Positions 1 through 9,610 are shown, counted from the stretch's first letter. The stretch is DNA of 32,000 nt from a cyanobacterium endosymbiont of Epithemia turgida isolate EtSB Lake Yunoko (GCF_000829235.1 NZ_AP012549.1:1230001-1262000), one strand, 5' to 3'. Notes: a model not told the origin generated them from the sequence alone. Made by a program: numbers and translations.

Positions 1-850
1 CAAATCTATCGTCTGAACTTTAACCTTAAATAAACTTTCTACTGCTAAGACATCTGCCATGTCATTAAATTTAACTGTTTGCCAATTTAACATTATATAT
101 CATCGGTATAATATTATACTTGTCAAGTAAAATTTACTCTTCTTTGGCTGTATAGAAATAAAAAATATAGCAAGATAAAACCTAAGCTCAGTACTATATC
201 TTTGCATATTTAATGGGATTGCTCTAATCAAAACGGATAAAATTTTAGCTCCAGTTAAAGAAAATATTTAGCAATAGTTAATAAAAACAATTCATTTTCA
301 CCAATTCAAGTTATTTTTAGAAAACCCCTTAAACAAATAATTACTATTTTTAAATAATTAACTTATCTTGATAATTTTTTGAACTTAATTTTTAGCTCAA
401 CTACTTAAATTTGGTTTTTAATCAACTAAAGCAAGATGGCTTTATTTTATATACTAGGAAGAGCTCAACTACTAACTAACTTCGGTTGAGATATCACCAA
501 GTTGAATAACTTTTATGACTATGATTCAGTTTGACTTATTGAATAATTTTTGCAGTTTAAAAAGCTCTCACTGAAAGACTGGTTAAAATTACGCAAAAAC
601 ATATCCCAATCATTTTGAGACGTTTAGTAACCCTAATAGTTTTTTATTATTTTGTTCTGGTTAAGGAACGATGTGTATAATTAAATATACTCTGTGTGTT
701 ATCCGGTAATTCCATAGTCGTGTCATAAGAGTAGGTTGAAAGTGTATACCAAGTAAGAAGGTAAAATTAATTACTTACTATAAATTAACTTGATTTCCTT
801 CAGTATCTATGTTTAAGATCCGAGGTGATTTATAAATTTCATCGGTAATT

Positions 851-1432
851 ATGGTTTTAACTTCAATGATAATGTTACCTAGACGCCTACAGCCTTTGAC
901 TACTATTGCTCTGATTCCTATGAGTTTATTTATTCCCAACATTTTGTCCCTACCCCTCGTTGCTGGGAATGCAGATTGGAATCAATTCGATGTCTGTATA
1001 ACTCAAATTGCCCAATATGGGGTCGAACAAGATAAAGCTGCATTAGCCTGTTCCGATGCACTAATTCCTAAAGAGTTATCCCAATGTGTCACTATGATTT
1101 ATAGAGCTACTCCTATTGCAGGGGATGATGCCCTTAATGCTTGTTATCAAGTGAGGCGACCTATTGATTTGGGTCACTGTGTGGCTGATATTTATAATGC
1201 AATTCCTAATCTCTCTTTAACATCTACTAAAAACCGGACAACTACTGCAAAAGAACCTTCTTTATCAACCCTTTTGACTTCTTGTCGAGCAAGTTTGCGT
1301 CCAGGGTATTATTCAGAATGTGTCATTGCAGTCAATCGAAATTTACCTGATATAACTCCCACTCAAGCATTAAATAAATGTCTTGCGGCTGAAGATTTTC
1401 CTCGTGCTTTGTTTCCTGTTTATGAGCAATAA
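851..1432 (+). CDS. hypothetical exported cysteine-repeat protein
   Basis: 193-aa ORF with a hydrophobic signal-like N-terminus (LTTIALIPMSLFIPNILSLPLVAG). Eight Cys lie in four degenerate units of the form C-V/I-x3-I..AL-x2-C..P-x2-L. No enzymatic motif recognised. The true start could be one of the internal Met codons. Confidence 0.55.
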   Translation: MVLTSMIMLPRRLQPLTTIALIPMSLFIPNILSLPLVAGNADWNQFDVCITQIAQYGVEQDKAALACSDALIPKELSQCVTMIYRATPIAGDDALNACYQVRRPIDLGHCVADIYNAIPNLSLTSTKNRTTTAKEPSLSTLLTSCRASLRPGYYSECVIAVNRNLPDITPTQALNKCLAAEDFPRALFPVYEQ

Positions 1433-1662
1433 AATAAGTTATCTATTGATAGTTTACCGTCTCTAATTACTGCTGTTATTTCGCAGAGTATCTTAAGACA
1501 ATTTTATCAGTAACGATAGAGAAACATAGAAAATTTTACTCATCCTAAACGCTTATACCCTAATATACTTTAACTAATAATTTTGTAAACCTTAGTAAAA
1601 AATTTTTTAATTATTTTAGATAATTAATAATTAATTGATGAAAAATATTTAATTTTGAATCT

Positions 1663-3003
1663 CTACAACTTTTCTCGTAAACGATAAATAAAAGTATGAG
1701 CATCAACTTCATTAATGATATTCTGGATAACAGTACTTGAACCCACTGGACTCCAACTACAGCCTTTTTCTAAATATTCTTGAGCTGCTTTCCCAACAAT
1801 GTAAGCATAATATCCAGCAATTCCCCCCTGCATTGTAGCGGTACTTCCATATGTCATTAATGCAGCTGAACTTTCTAAAAAACTGACGGCAGCAAGGGTA
1901 CTTTTTCCGAGTCCCAAAATGAATAATGTAGTTAGTTCCCCTAATAATAATCCACCTGAACTAACAAGAATTTTTTTCCAAAGTTTTCCCGCCTCATAAC
2001 TGGTAATAGGCAATCCATACAATCGAGCTAAAGCTCGAATTAAAGCCAAATCAGTTATCGCTCCTCCAATGAGATCTAAAAATACAACGGGATTAATTGC
2101 AACAGCTAGGGCTTTAGATTTAGTAAAATTCCAAATAATAGTCTCTGCTTCTTTTTCACGAATTGCTAGAGTTTTTTTTGCAATATTTTCTTCTGCTTCT
2201 TTTGCTTGCATTAATACATTTAAAGATAATAATGATCGCCCTTCTTGATTCAGAACAGTTAATATTTTTCGGCGTAACTCCTCCACTTGAGGAGATGGAG
2301 TTTCCCATTCTTCTATCACTTTACCATCAGGATATTTAACCTTTACAAGAACAGGTTGGGGTTCAGCTGCTACCCTTACAATTTCTTCGGGAGACAGAAT
2401 ATAGTTTTGTTTGTCTGTTTTGATTACTTGTAGTTGTTGATAAATTTCTTGACAATCTTGGTAGGGATAAAGATCGATTTTATTGAACACTAAAATTAAG
2501 GGCTTTTGACTACGTTGCAGTTCCTCTAGTGCTTCATATTCGGTACGAGTAATATCTCCCGCTACCACAAACAAAATTAAGTCAGCTTGATATGCTACTT
2601 CTTTAGCCATATTTGCCCTAGTTTTTCCTTCAATCTCATCTAGTCCAGGAGTATCAATAAATTCTACCTGAACTTTATCGCCAGGAGGTTTCCAGCGAAC
2701 AGATTTTGGCCACTGAGTTACCCCATGCAAGGGACCTGTATCGAGGAGTGTTTGTCCAATTAAAGCATTAATAACAGCAGACTTACCGCGACTGACTAAA
2801 CCAAAAGTCGCAATTCTAATGATATTTTGTTCAAGTTTATCTAAAGCTCCTTTGAGGATTTGTAAATCTTTACGTACAGCAGCTTGGAGTTCAGGATCAG
2901 GGGGATAATTCCAATGACGACGAAAACTCCCATACCAAGACAAGGTATGCTGAAGGCTAGTGTGGGCTTGTTGAAGATGAATTTCCTGTCGCGAAGAAAG
3001 CAT
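1663..3003 (-). CDS. membrane-associated GTP-binding protein (small GTPase domain plus DUF697-like hydrophobic C-terminal domain)
   Basis: 446-aa ORF. G1 is GLVSRGKSAVINALIG, G3 is DTPGLDE, G4 is NKID. The C-terminal third is glycine-rich and hydrophobic, as in cyanobacterial DUF697 GTPases. Confidence 0.85.
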   Translation of the reverse strand: MLSSRQEIHLQQAHTSLQHTLSWYGSFRRHWNYPPDPELQAAVRKDLQILKGALDKLEQNIIRIATFGLVSRGKSAVINALIGQTLLDTGPLHGVTQWPKSVRWKPPGDKVQVEFIDTPGLDEIEGKTRANMAKEVAYQADLILFVVAGDITRTEYEALEELQRSQKPLILVFNKIDLYPYQDCQEIYQQLQVIKTDKQNYILSPEEIVRVAAEPQPVLVKVKYPDGKVIEEWETPSPQVEELRRKILTVLNQEGRSLLSLNVLMQAKEAEENIAKKTLAIREKEAETIIWNFTKSKALAVAINPVVFLDLIGGAITDLALIRALARLYGLPITSYEAGKLWKKILVSSGGLLLGELTTLFILGLGKSTLAAVSFLESSAALMTYGSTATMQGGIAGYYAYIVGKAAQEYLEKGCSWSPVGSSTVIQNIINEVDAHTFIYRLREKL

Positions 3004-3215
3004 ATAATATAGACTACCTACTGATAGGATGGCAAAAATTTAGCCAAATCATAGCAAACATTAACAATTTTTAAAATTAATGATCACAATTATAGAGAGT
3101 TACACATTTACAAATTGCATCAAATATACAGTTTTTGGAATATATAAAGCAGTCACTACATGCTATGGTAACCCAAAATTATTTAACAATAATCAAATAT
3201 TCTATGAAGTAAGAA

Positions 3216-3251
3216 GAATCTATTTTAGTTTGAATGCTCTAAAATAGATTC
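3216..3251. repeat. perfect 12-bp inverted repeat (GAATCTATTTTA / TAAAATAGATTC) with a 12-nt loop
   Basis: Read directly from the sequence. Shares the ATCTATT/AATAGAT core with the palindromes at 26247-26293 and 26389-26428. Confidence 0.8.
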
Positions 3252-3293
3252 GTGGTAATTTAAAAATTTAATTTTTTTTTGCTTTTAATTTAA

Positions 3294-3354
3294 TTAGTGC
3301 TTTATTCCTTACATCTCATTACTCCTCACTTAATAACAACTTATAAAGCACTAA
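3294..3354 (+). ncRNA. candidate structured element: 12-bp stem (TTAGTGCTTTAT / ATAAAGCACTAA) with ACTCCTCAC in its 38-nt loop
   Basis: Perfect 12-bp inverted repeat. The loop carries ACTCCTCAC (3321-3329), which matches 9 of 11 nt of the Yfr1 core ACUCCUCACAC. No clear promoter or terminator was found. Confidence 0.2.
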
Positions 3355-5099
3355 GTGAAATAGTTAAGATTTTACTGTATTTACTAAATAAAAATTTATT
3401 AATTACACATAATTACTCGAATATATAATAGTAGTTACAAATAAATTAGTTACTTTTATTCAATCAAAAAAATATTTTTACTAGATTAATTTAAGCTTTA
3501 TTTTTTTAGTATTATCAATATATAAAATTAACCAATAGTATTAAATTAACTAGTACTTTTCGTGATTAAGACTTATATGTTTGGGCTTTTAACATTAGCA
3601 TATATCATTTCCATAAATGAGATATATTCTCAAAATAACTGAAGATGATTACACTATAAATATTAATATTTAGTGATTAGATACCAAGTATAAAGATATA
3701 AATTAGATTCAACCGTTAATTTTTTCATAAGAGTTATGATAGCTACTTTCTATTTGAAGAAGTTCTTCTTTTTTCTTTTAGAAAATACTTTATATTTTTC
3801 AAGCAACTATATTTAAGTTAATTTTTAAATGTATAACTTATAGTTAAATATTTTTTAATACTTGTGAAATAACATCTAATACCAAGTCTAATTGTCAGAT
3901 TCTCCTAAAACATATAAAAAAATTAACCCAAAATAAGGTTAAATTTCTTTAATTTTATCTTTTATTTAACTGAGGATGTCACTCTTACTCAGAGCTACTT
4001 TTTTGATTTTTTATCAATCATTTCAAAATACTTATTAACTTAATGCTAATCTACTAACATCTATCATCTTTCTACAAGCTCTAGTTATAGAAAGTAAGCT
4101 GATAAATATTTTTGAGCAATTTCTGCCAGAAAACTATTTGGCATTATCTTCTATTAATAAAATTTTTTTCCGTATAATTCCATATCTTTAGCTGAATTTA
4201 GTTAATAAAAATTTAGCTATTTTGTATTCGCTCTTGTAATTTAATTCCATAAGGGGTTTCCTAATAATGGTTTAATAAATCTATAAACACATAACTATTC
4301 ATAGTCCTGAATTACTATAGCAGTTATTTTTTTCTGATTGGCTTTAATTCTACTCTAGGTTCATCAAAAACTATATATCTATGATGATTTGACTGAGTTA
4401 AACATAGCAATATAGCGCTATTTGTTCAATCACTCCTACAGCCTTGTAACTAGGTAGATATAAGAAATAAATTGGTAAATTGATTCTGTATATATGTGGA
4501 TTGGAGACTAAAATTTTAATAAAACAGAAGATAAAAATTTCGGTTTAGACTTCTCAAAACGAACTGGATTTAGACTAAGTCCTCTACAACAATCTTTATC
4601 TTCTGAATGTTGGTCCATTAGAGAATAATCATATTTATGGCTTTTTATCTTTACACAATTATGGATCGTTTATAACCTTTTTATATAGTAGTTACTCCGG
4701 ACCAGCTTGGTATATTATCAGTACAACATCACTTCCGAGTGATAAGAATGGAGGAACGGAATACGATAGCATTGCTTATATAAAATCAACTAAAAACAAT
4801 CTAGTTATCGGAACGATTGACAATACAATAGTAGATTTCCAAACCTATTTATTTCTTTAGCTACTCTCGATGACAGCGATTTCTCAGTACTACGCTATAA
4901 GAACCTCGATGTAAGTTGGGTAGAATTGGTGGGTGGTTCAGGAGAATCATAGTCTTGACCCAATAAGTCTGACATTCTGTCGAACAGGGGAGCTCATTTG
5001 CTATGGTAGACGGTGGACTTTATAACTAGAACCGAAGTTCTATAAATCTAGTTCCGACTCAATTTCGTTCTTTCGAAGTTAGAAAATTAGATTGTGATA

Positions 5100-5128
5100 T
5101 TGCCTATTAGATTTTTAGTGACTATTAT
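5100..5128 (+). promoter_or_regulatory. sigma70-like promoter TTGCCT-N17-TATTAT
   Basis: -35 TTGCCT at 5100-5105, a 17-nt spacer, and -10 TATTAT at 5123-5128. It sits just upstream of the hairpin and CUCCUCACAC motif. -10-like hexamers are common in AT-rich DNA. Confidence 0.3.
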
Positions 5129-5135
5129 TTACCCA

Positions 5136-5260
5136 GCAATCAGAAAGAGAGCCAACGACTTTCCATGTTTCGTCTTGGCTCTCTTTTTGGTTCGCTCCTC
5201 ACACTGCTAAAAGTATATATAACTCACAGGGATTTGTCACTATACTTAAGAAAAATTTTC
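5136..5260 (+). ncRNA. candidate Yfr1-like sRNA (5' stem-loop, single-stranded GCUCCUCACAC, weak 3' stem-loop)
   Basis: Strong hairpin at 5144-5186. CTCCTCACAC at 5195-5204 matches 10 of 11 nt of the conserved Yfr1 core ACUCCUCACAC. A weak 7-bp AT stem (5211-5217 / 5241-5247) is followed by AAGAAAAATTTT. A promoter-like element lies at 5100-5128. Confidence 0.3.
5144..5188. terminator. strong hairpin with flanking A- and T-tracts, a possible bidirectional intrinsic terminator
   Basis: AAAGAGAGCCAA-C-GAC / GTC-TTGGCTCTCTTT gives 12+3 bp with one bulge and a 12-nt loop. It is followed by TTTTTGG on the + strand and TTTCTGATT on the - strand. It lies about 90 nt downstream of the minus-strand ORF ending at 5278. 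Confidence 0.5.
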
Positions 5261-5277
5261 GATTTATGCGTCATGAA

Positions 5278-6177
5278 TTATAATTGGGATCTTGGAAAGT
5301 TTCCCAAGTGACTGTACCACAGCCATTTTAATAAATGCTGACTTATAGCAATTAATCCTAATCGAGCTTGAGATAATTGGAGATTATTTTGAGCTAAATC
5401 TCCAAAAATTCGGCAATTACGTTCAAAATCTAAAATAGATTCGCTTAATTGAGTTCCAAGCTTATTCCAGGTTACTGAAGGATTGTTAACTGACCGATCA
5501 ACAGTGATAACCACCTGATTAATTAGGGCTAAGGCGGATCGATGGGTAAGCCGTAATTGATAATTATTTTTCAGCCAAGGAATAGGATCGGGAACTTTCC
5601 AAGGCAATGTTAAGTCGCCCGAAGCCTCTGACTGAAAAGTAATTAACCCCTCTGTCTCTCCTAAACGTAATAAAGAACAACACCTCGCATAGGTATATTC
5701 AATAAGAAATAAATTATCAGCTTTTTTTGGTATTTTAGATAAGTTAGGTTGAAAAAATATCTTTTGTCCTAATAATTGTAACCAAAGGACAAGAGTGTGA
5801 TCGCTCACCTCAAAATCTAACCACCCTGGGTCAATGAGTTTCATTGTCAATGTTAATTGGGAAAATTCTTGATCGTCAAAATTAGATTGAGCTTTCAACA
5901 TAGAAAATACCTGTTGTGCAATCTCAATAGGAGATAGAGAGAGCTTACTTGACAGTTGCATGGCTATCGCACAACGATAAGTAATCGGAGTAGAAGAGGA
6001 TAAGCGGGACACAGCTAAAATTTTATGAGGTAAATTCAATGAGGGTTCTTTAAAGAATTGTAAATTGATTAATAAGCGTGATAATTGTTTTTGTAATTGT
6101 TGTTGAATAGATAAATCTTTTAAAAAAATTTTAAAAGAAGTATAATCAGTATTTAAAAGACGAGTTTTCATAGTCAA
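5278..6177 (-). CDS. DALR anticodon-binding domain protein (arginyl-tRNA synthetase-like, lacking the catalytic core)
   Basis: 299-aa ORF. The N-terminal part resembles the ArgRS Add-1 domain (ITYRCAIAMQLSSKLSLSPIEIAQQV ... IDPGWLDFEVS, compare GDY..N.A..LAK.L...P..IA and PGFINF). The C-terminal part resembles the DALR domain (IEYTYARCCSLLRLG, compare VQYAHARI.SILR; and QARLGLIAISQHLLKWLW). No HIGH or KMSKS region lies between them. Confidence 0.65.
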   Translation of the reverse strand: MTMKTRLLNTDYTSFKIFLKDLSIQQQLQKQLSRLLINLQFFKEPSLNLPHKILAVSRLSSSTPITYRCAIAMQLSSKLSLSPIEIAQQVFSMLKAQSNFDDQEFSQLTLTMKLIDPGWLDFEVSDHTLVLWLQLLGQKIFFQPNLSKIPKKADNLFLIEYTYARCCSLLRLGETEGLITFQSEASGDLTLPWKVPDPIPWLKNNYQLRLTHRSALALINQVVITVDRSVNNPSVTWNKLGTQLSESILDFERNCRIFGDLAQNNLQLSQARLGLIAISQHLLKWLWYSHLGNFPRSQL

Positions 6178-6680
6178 TACTTAAATATGAGCAAATAAAC
6201 TTGTTGTAAATGTTATTGATTTTAGTTAACAACCTGATAAGAAGGTTTTTACTCGACACATCCTTAAATATATCTTTGCTATTTAGAAATAATCGAGTAT
6301 AATTAATTGTGTATCGGTTCGTTTAGACTATTAATAATTTATACCTTGATTGTTGATGTTATATAATTGATTACCACTTTTATTGCTACTTGACTTGTAA
6401 ATACAGAAGGTATTGGTAAGTCTCCTATCAGCGGCAATGACATCATTTCTACTATGGTAACTTCTACTTGTGGCTATTGGGTTACAGTTTTGTCCTATCT
6501 GGAATATAGTTTTTATAAATAAACGCTTTATATCGAGAATTATATTAATTATTTTTAATTTTTTGATTATGATTTACTATCATTGTAGTTGTCTTTATAA
6601 ATTAAGCAGCGGAGCGTTTTGCTTTATATTAACTTTCTAAACTGACTACAATATTTTCACATATTCGTTATACATAACGA

Positions 6681-6752
6681 TTTTAAATTGGGTAGATCAT
6701 AATAACAGCAGCAGGTGAATCAGCCAATTATGCCTTCATCAGTTATTAACCT
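6681..6752 (-). repeat. dispersed 72-bp repeat, copy A, carrying promoter-like TTGGCT-N17-TATTAT on the minus strand
   Basis: About 83% identical by eye to 9811-9882, in the same orientation. On the minus strand, -35 TTGGCT is at 6727..6722 and -10 TATTAT at 6704..6699 with a 17-nt spacer, pointing toward the 5278-6177 ORF. Confidence 0.6.
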
Positions 6753-7563
6753 AATTACCGGATTGATATCTCGATAATTATGGAGTTCTTAATTTTACCA
6801 ATATTATTAATTTCTTACCAAGAGTTTCGAATAGAGTTAAATTCTGAAGAATATCGTTTTATCTTATTAAGAAATAAGACCTCAATAAAAGAAAATTTTT
6901 CTACTCCATAAGGGAATATTTTGATTTTTTTTATTACTTAATAATATCAAAAAAAACGATTTAAAAATATTTAACTAATTGTTAGTTTAATCAAGAATAT
7001 TACTAGTTTTTATTGCTTTAGCGTAGATATTTATTTTAAAAATTTAACTTATTTTAATGAAAATTATTATTGTTAGCTACAGCAGAAACATGTAAAAAAA
7101 CTAATACAATTTAGTTAAATGTTTCTGCAATAAAAACCCTCATTAATTAGTATTGTTACTTTATATAAAACAAAGATAGGTACATATTACAATACGATAT
7201 ATAAGTTATTGATGTTAAACTAATTTATGATTTTGGATCATAGAAATAAATTTTACATAGAATGTTCAAAATATTTTTTTATTATTTACTTGCTATTGTA
7301 AATTTTTTCTACTTTAAAATACTTAAATTTTTATCAATTATTTTTTATCAATTAAGATAGTATTATATCGACTAACACTAGGTTTTTAATTTTTAAAATT
7401 GTAAAGAATCAATAAATATTAACAAATAATATTTATTGGTAAGATATTTATACTAAAATAGCAAAAAATATTGTTTTTAAAAAACTGATAAGTATCTTTT
7501 AAAATTTGCTATTTCTTGACTTTTCTTGATTAGAGTTGCATATTTAAAATACCCATAAAATCC

Positions 7564-8730
7564 TTATTTACTTTTTTTATATCCCAAAATTTCCATTGCC
7601 ACGCGATTGCATACCCCCACTTCTCCTAAGAGAGTACACATTTGATCATAATTTTCTAAGGTTTTTTGACGACGTTCAGTATTAAGCAACAAGTCTAAAG
7701 ACTCTTGTACAATACGATCTATAGTTGCTTCTTCCTGTAATAATTCAGGAACAATTTCTTCCATCATCACTAAGTTTGGAGGAGACATAAAAGGAATAGA
7801 AAACTTTAAAATATTACGAGCAATCCACATAGTTAAAGGATTGACTAAACATAATACTAATTGAGGAATTCTAAGTAAAGCTAATTCTAAATTAACAGTC
7901 CCTGATTTAGCGATAGCGAAATCTGCTGCAGCCATTACCTCTAAAGCTTTTTGTCCCTCAAGCAAAGTAATCGAAAGTTGATAGGTATTAACTGTTGCTT
8001 TAATGGTATCGTGATATTCACTCAGAGAAATAGGAAGTAAAAAATGAAGATCAGGAATTTTTTCTTGAAGTTTTTGGGCTGCTTTACACATCCGAGGAAG
8101 GTGATATTTCAACTCTTGATAACGGGAAGCCGGAAATAAGGCGACTACCGTTTGACCGGAATCAATATTTAATCTAAGACGGGCTTCTTCACGGCTAGGA
8201 GCTTGAGTCATACGATCTAGTAGGGGATGACCAACCCACTTAACTTGAACACCTTTTTCTGCAAAAAATTGGGCTTCTTCAGGAAAAATTGCTAAAAGAA
8301 GATCAGTAATATGAACGAACTGTTGAATAATTTTACTATTGGGAGTCCAGACCCAAGATTGAGGAGCGATGTAATAGATAATAGGAACTTCAGGGAAATG
8401 CTTGCGAGCATATTGACCAAAGGCGGAATTAGGTCCCATATAATCAATAAGAATAAGAATATCAGGGAGATTTTGTCGCAAATATTGTTTAACTCGACGT
8501 TGTGTTAACCAAGTAGGAATAATAAACGGAAGAGACTCAACAATACCAATAGACCCAATAGCCGCGGTATTCCCTAACAATTTTGCACCCGCTTGTGCCA
8601 TGAGATTACCACCCAAGGCTAGAATTTCCAAAGGGATACCTTGACCTTCGGCTTGTTGGTAAAGAGCTTCAACCAACATTGAGCCCTGTAAATCCCCAGA
8701 TACTTCCCCTGTACTGATAAAAATTCGCAT
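7564..8730 (-). CDS. lpxB: lipid-A-disaccharide synthase
   Basis: 388-aa ORF. The N-terminus MRIFISTGEVSGDLQG matches the LpxB GE.SGD motif. Similarity to LpxB runs the full length (IAPQSWVW, AKSGTVNLELAL, PNLVMMEEIVPELLQEE). It lies 49 bp downstream of lpxA. Confidence 0.93.
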   Translation of the reverse strand: MRIFISTGEVSGDLQGSMLVEALYQQAEGQGIPLEILALGGNLMAQAGAKLLGNTAAIGSIGIVESLPFIIPTWLTQRRVKQYLRQNLPDILILIDYMGPNSAFGQYARKHFPEVPIIYYIAPQSWVWTPNSKIIQQFVHITDLLLAIFPEEAQFFAEKGVQVKWVGHPLLDRMTQAPSREEARLRLNIDSGQTVVALFPASRYQELKYHLPRMCKAAQKLQEKIPDLHFLLPISLSEYHDTIKATVNTYQLSITLLEGQKALEVMAAADFAIAKSGTVNLELALLRIPQLVLCLVNPLTMWIARNILKFSIPFMSPPNLVMMEEIVPELLQEEATIDRIVQESLDLLLNTERRQKTLENYDQMCTLLGEVGVCNRVAMEILGYKKSK

Positions 8731-8779
8731 AGATTCTCTAAAAAATGTAAATGAACCCCATGACTGGTGCTGTTTGTCT

Positions 8780-9610
8780 CTAAGCTTTCGCTGGAATGGG
8801 TCCGCGTCGTTTTTCTCCCGTGGCAGATTCCATCAAAAAATGATGAAGATACTTAACATATTCGTTATCATAGATCTTTGATAATTGCTCTAGAGCTTCT
8901 TTAAATGTAAAATTCGAACGATAAAGGAAACGAAAGGCTTCCTTGAGGTATCCTATGTCTTGGGTGGTAAGTCCAGCTCTTTTGAGTCCAACTAAATTGA
9001 GTGATCGCACCCGTGATGGATTTCCTTCGATCATCATAAACGGAGGAGCATCTCTATCAATACGACTCATCCCCCCTAGCATGGCATTACGTCCGATGCG
9101 AACAAATTGATGAACCCCTAATGCTCCACCAATAACTGCTCGTGATTCAATATAAACATGACCAGCTAAAGCGACAGCATTGGCAATAATGACATTATCT
9201 TCAATCACACAGTTGTGTGCAACATGGACATAAGCCATCAATAGGTTATGATTACCAATCTGGGTCACCTCATCGGCGTGGGTTGCTCTATTAATAGTGA
9301 CAAATTCTCTAATGATATTGTGGTCTCCGACCTTAGCACAACTGGCTGCTCCCTTATATTTTAAGTCTTGGGGGTCTGAACCAATAACAGCATTTGGAAA
9401 AATACGATTACCAACTCCAATTTCTATTGGTCCTTCAATAATAGCATGAGGCCCAACAATGGTTCGAGCATCAATTTTTACATTGTCTCCAATCACCGCA
9501 TAAGGGCCGACTTCTACGGTGGGGTGTAGTTCTGCTTTCGAGTGAATAATGGCAGTAGGGTGGATTGGGGTACTCAAAGAGGTATCTCCCTTGGTTTGAT
9601 AGGTCAGCAT
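8780..9610 (-). CDS. lpxA: acyl-ACP--UDP-N-acetylglucosamine O-acyltransferase
   Basis: 276-aa ORF. It has a long left-handed beta-helix hexapeptide-repeat region (IHPTAIIHSKAELHPTVEVGPYAVIGDNVKI...) and an LpxA-type helical C-terminal domain (GLKRAGLTTQDIGYLKEAFRFLY). Confidence 0.93.
   Translation of the reverse strand: MLTYQTKGDTSLSTPIHPTAIIHSKAELHPTVEVGPYAVIGDNVKIDARTIVGPHAIIEGPIEIGVGNRIFPNAVIGSDPQDLKYKGAASCAKVGDHNIIREFVTINRATHADEVTQIGNHNLLMAYVHVAHNCVIEDNVIIANAVALAGHVYIESRAVIGGALGVHQFVRIGRNAMLGGMSRIDRDAPPFMMIEGNPSRVRSLNLVGLKRAGLTTQDIGYLKEAFRFLYRSNFTFKEALEQLSKIYDNEYVKYLHHFLMESATGEKRRGPIPAKA

Noticed and set aside
1-60. Start of a minus-strand gene running off the left edge (MADVLAVESLFKVKVQTIDL...)
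   Set aside because: Only 20 codons are visible and no convincing RBS or promoter is present. That is too little to call.
5066-5090. Similarity of TTCGAAGTTAGAA to TTCGAAAGTTAGAA at 15979-15992
   Set aside because: A match of about 13 nt with an indel is expected many times by chance between two positions in 32 kb of AT-rich DNA.
5144-5186. Group II intron domain V
   Set aside because: The hairpin contains AGC near its base. However, the bulge is a single nt on the 5' strand, the loop is 12 nt rather than a GNRA tetraloop, and no GUGYG 5' end, domain VI or IEP ORF is present.
5189-5204. tRNA T-arm-like GGTTCGCTCC
   Set aside because: No acceptor, D or anticodon arms can be built around it. 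I saw no other tRNA-like cloverleaf in the window.
6780-6911. 43-codon + strand ORF (MEFLILPILLISYQEFRIELNSEEYRFILLRNKTSIKENFSTP)
   Set aside because: It has no SD and no family that I can recognise, and it is short enough to occur by chance. It may be a relic fragment.
8311-8508. 65-aa + strand ORF
   Set aside because: It lies antisense inside lpxB and has no recognisable motif.
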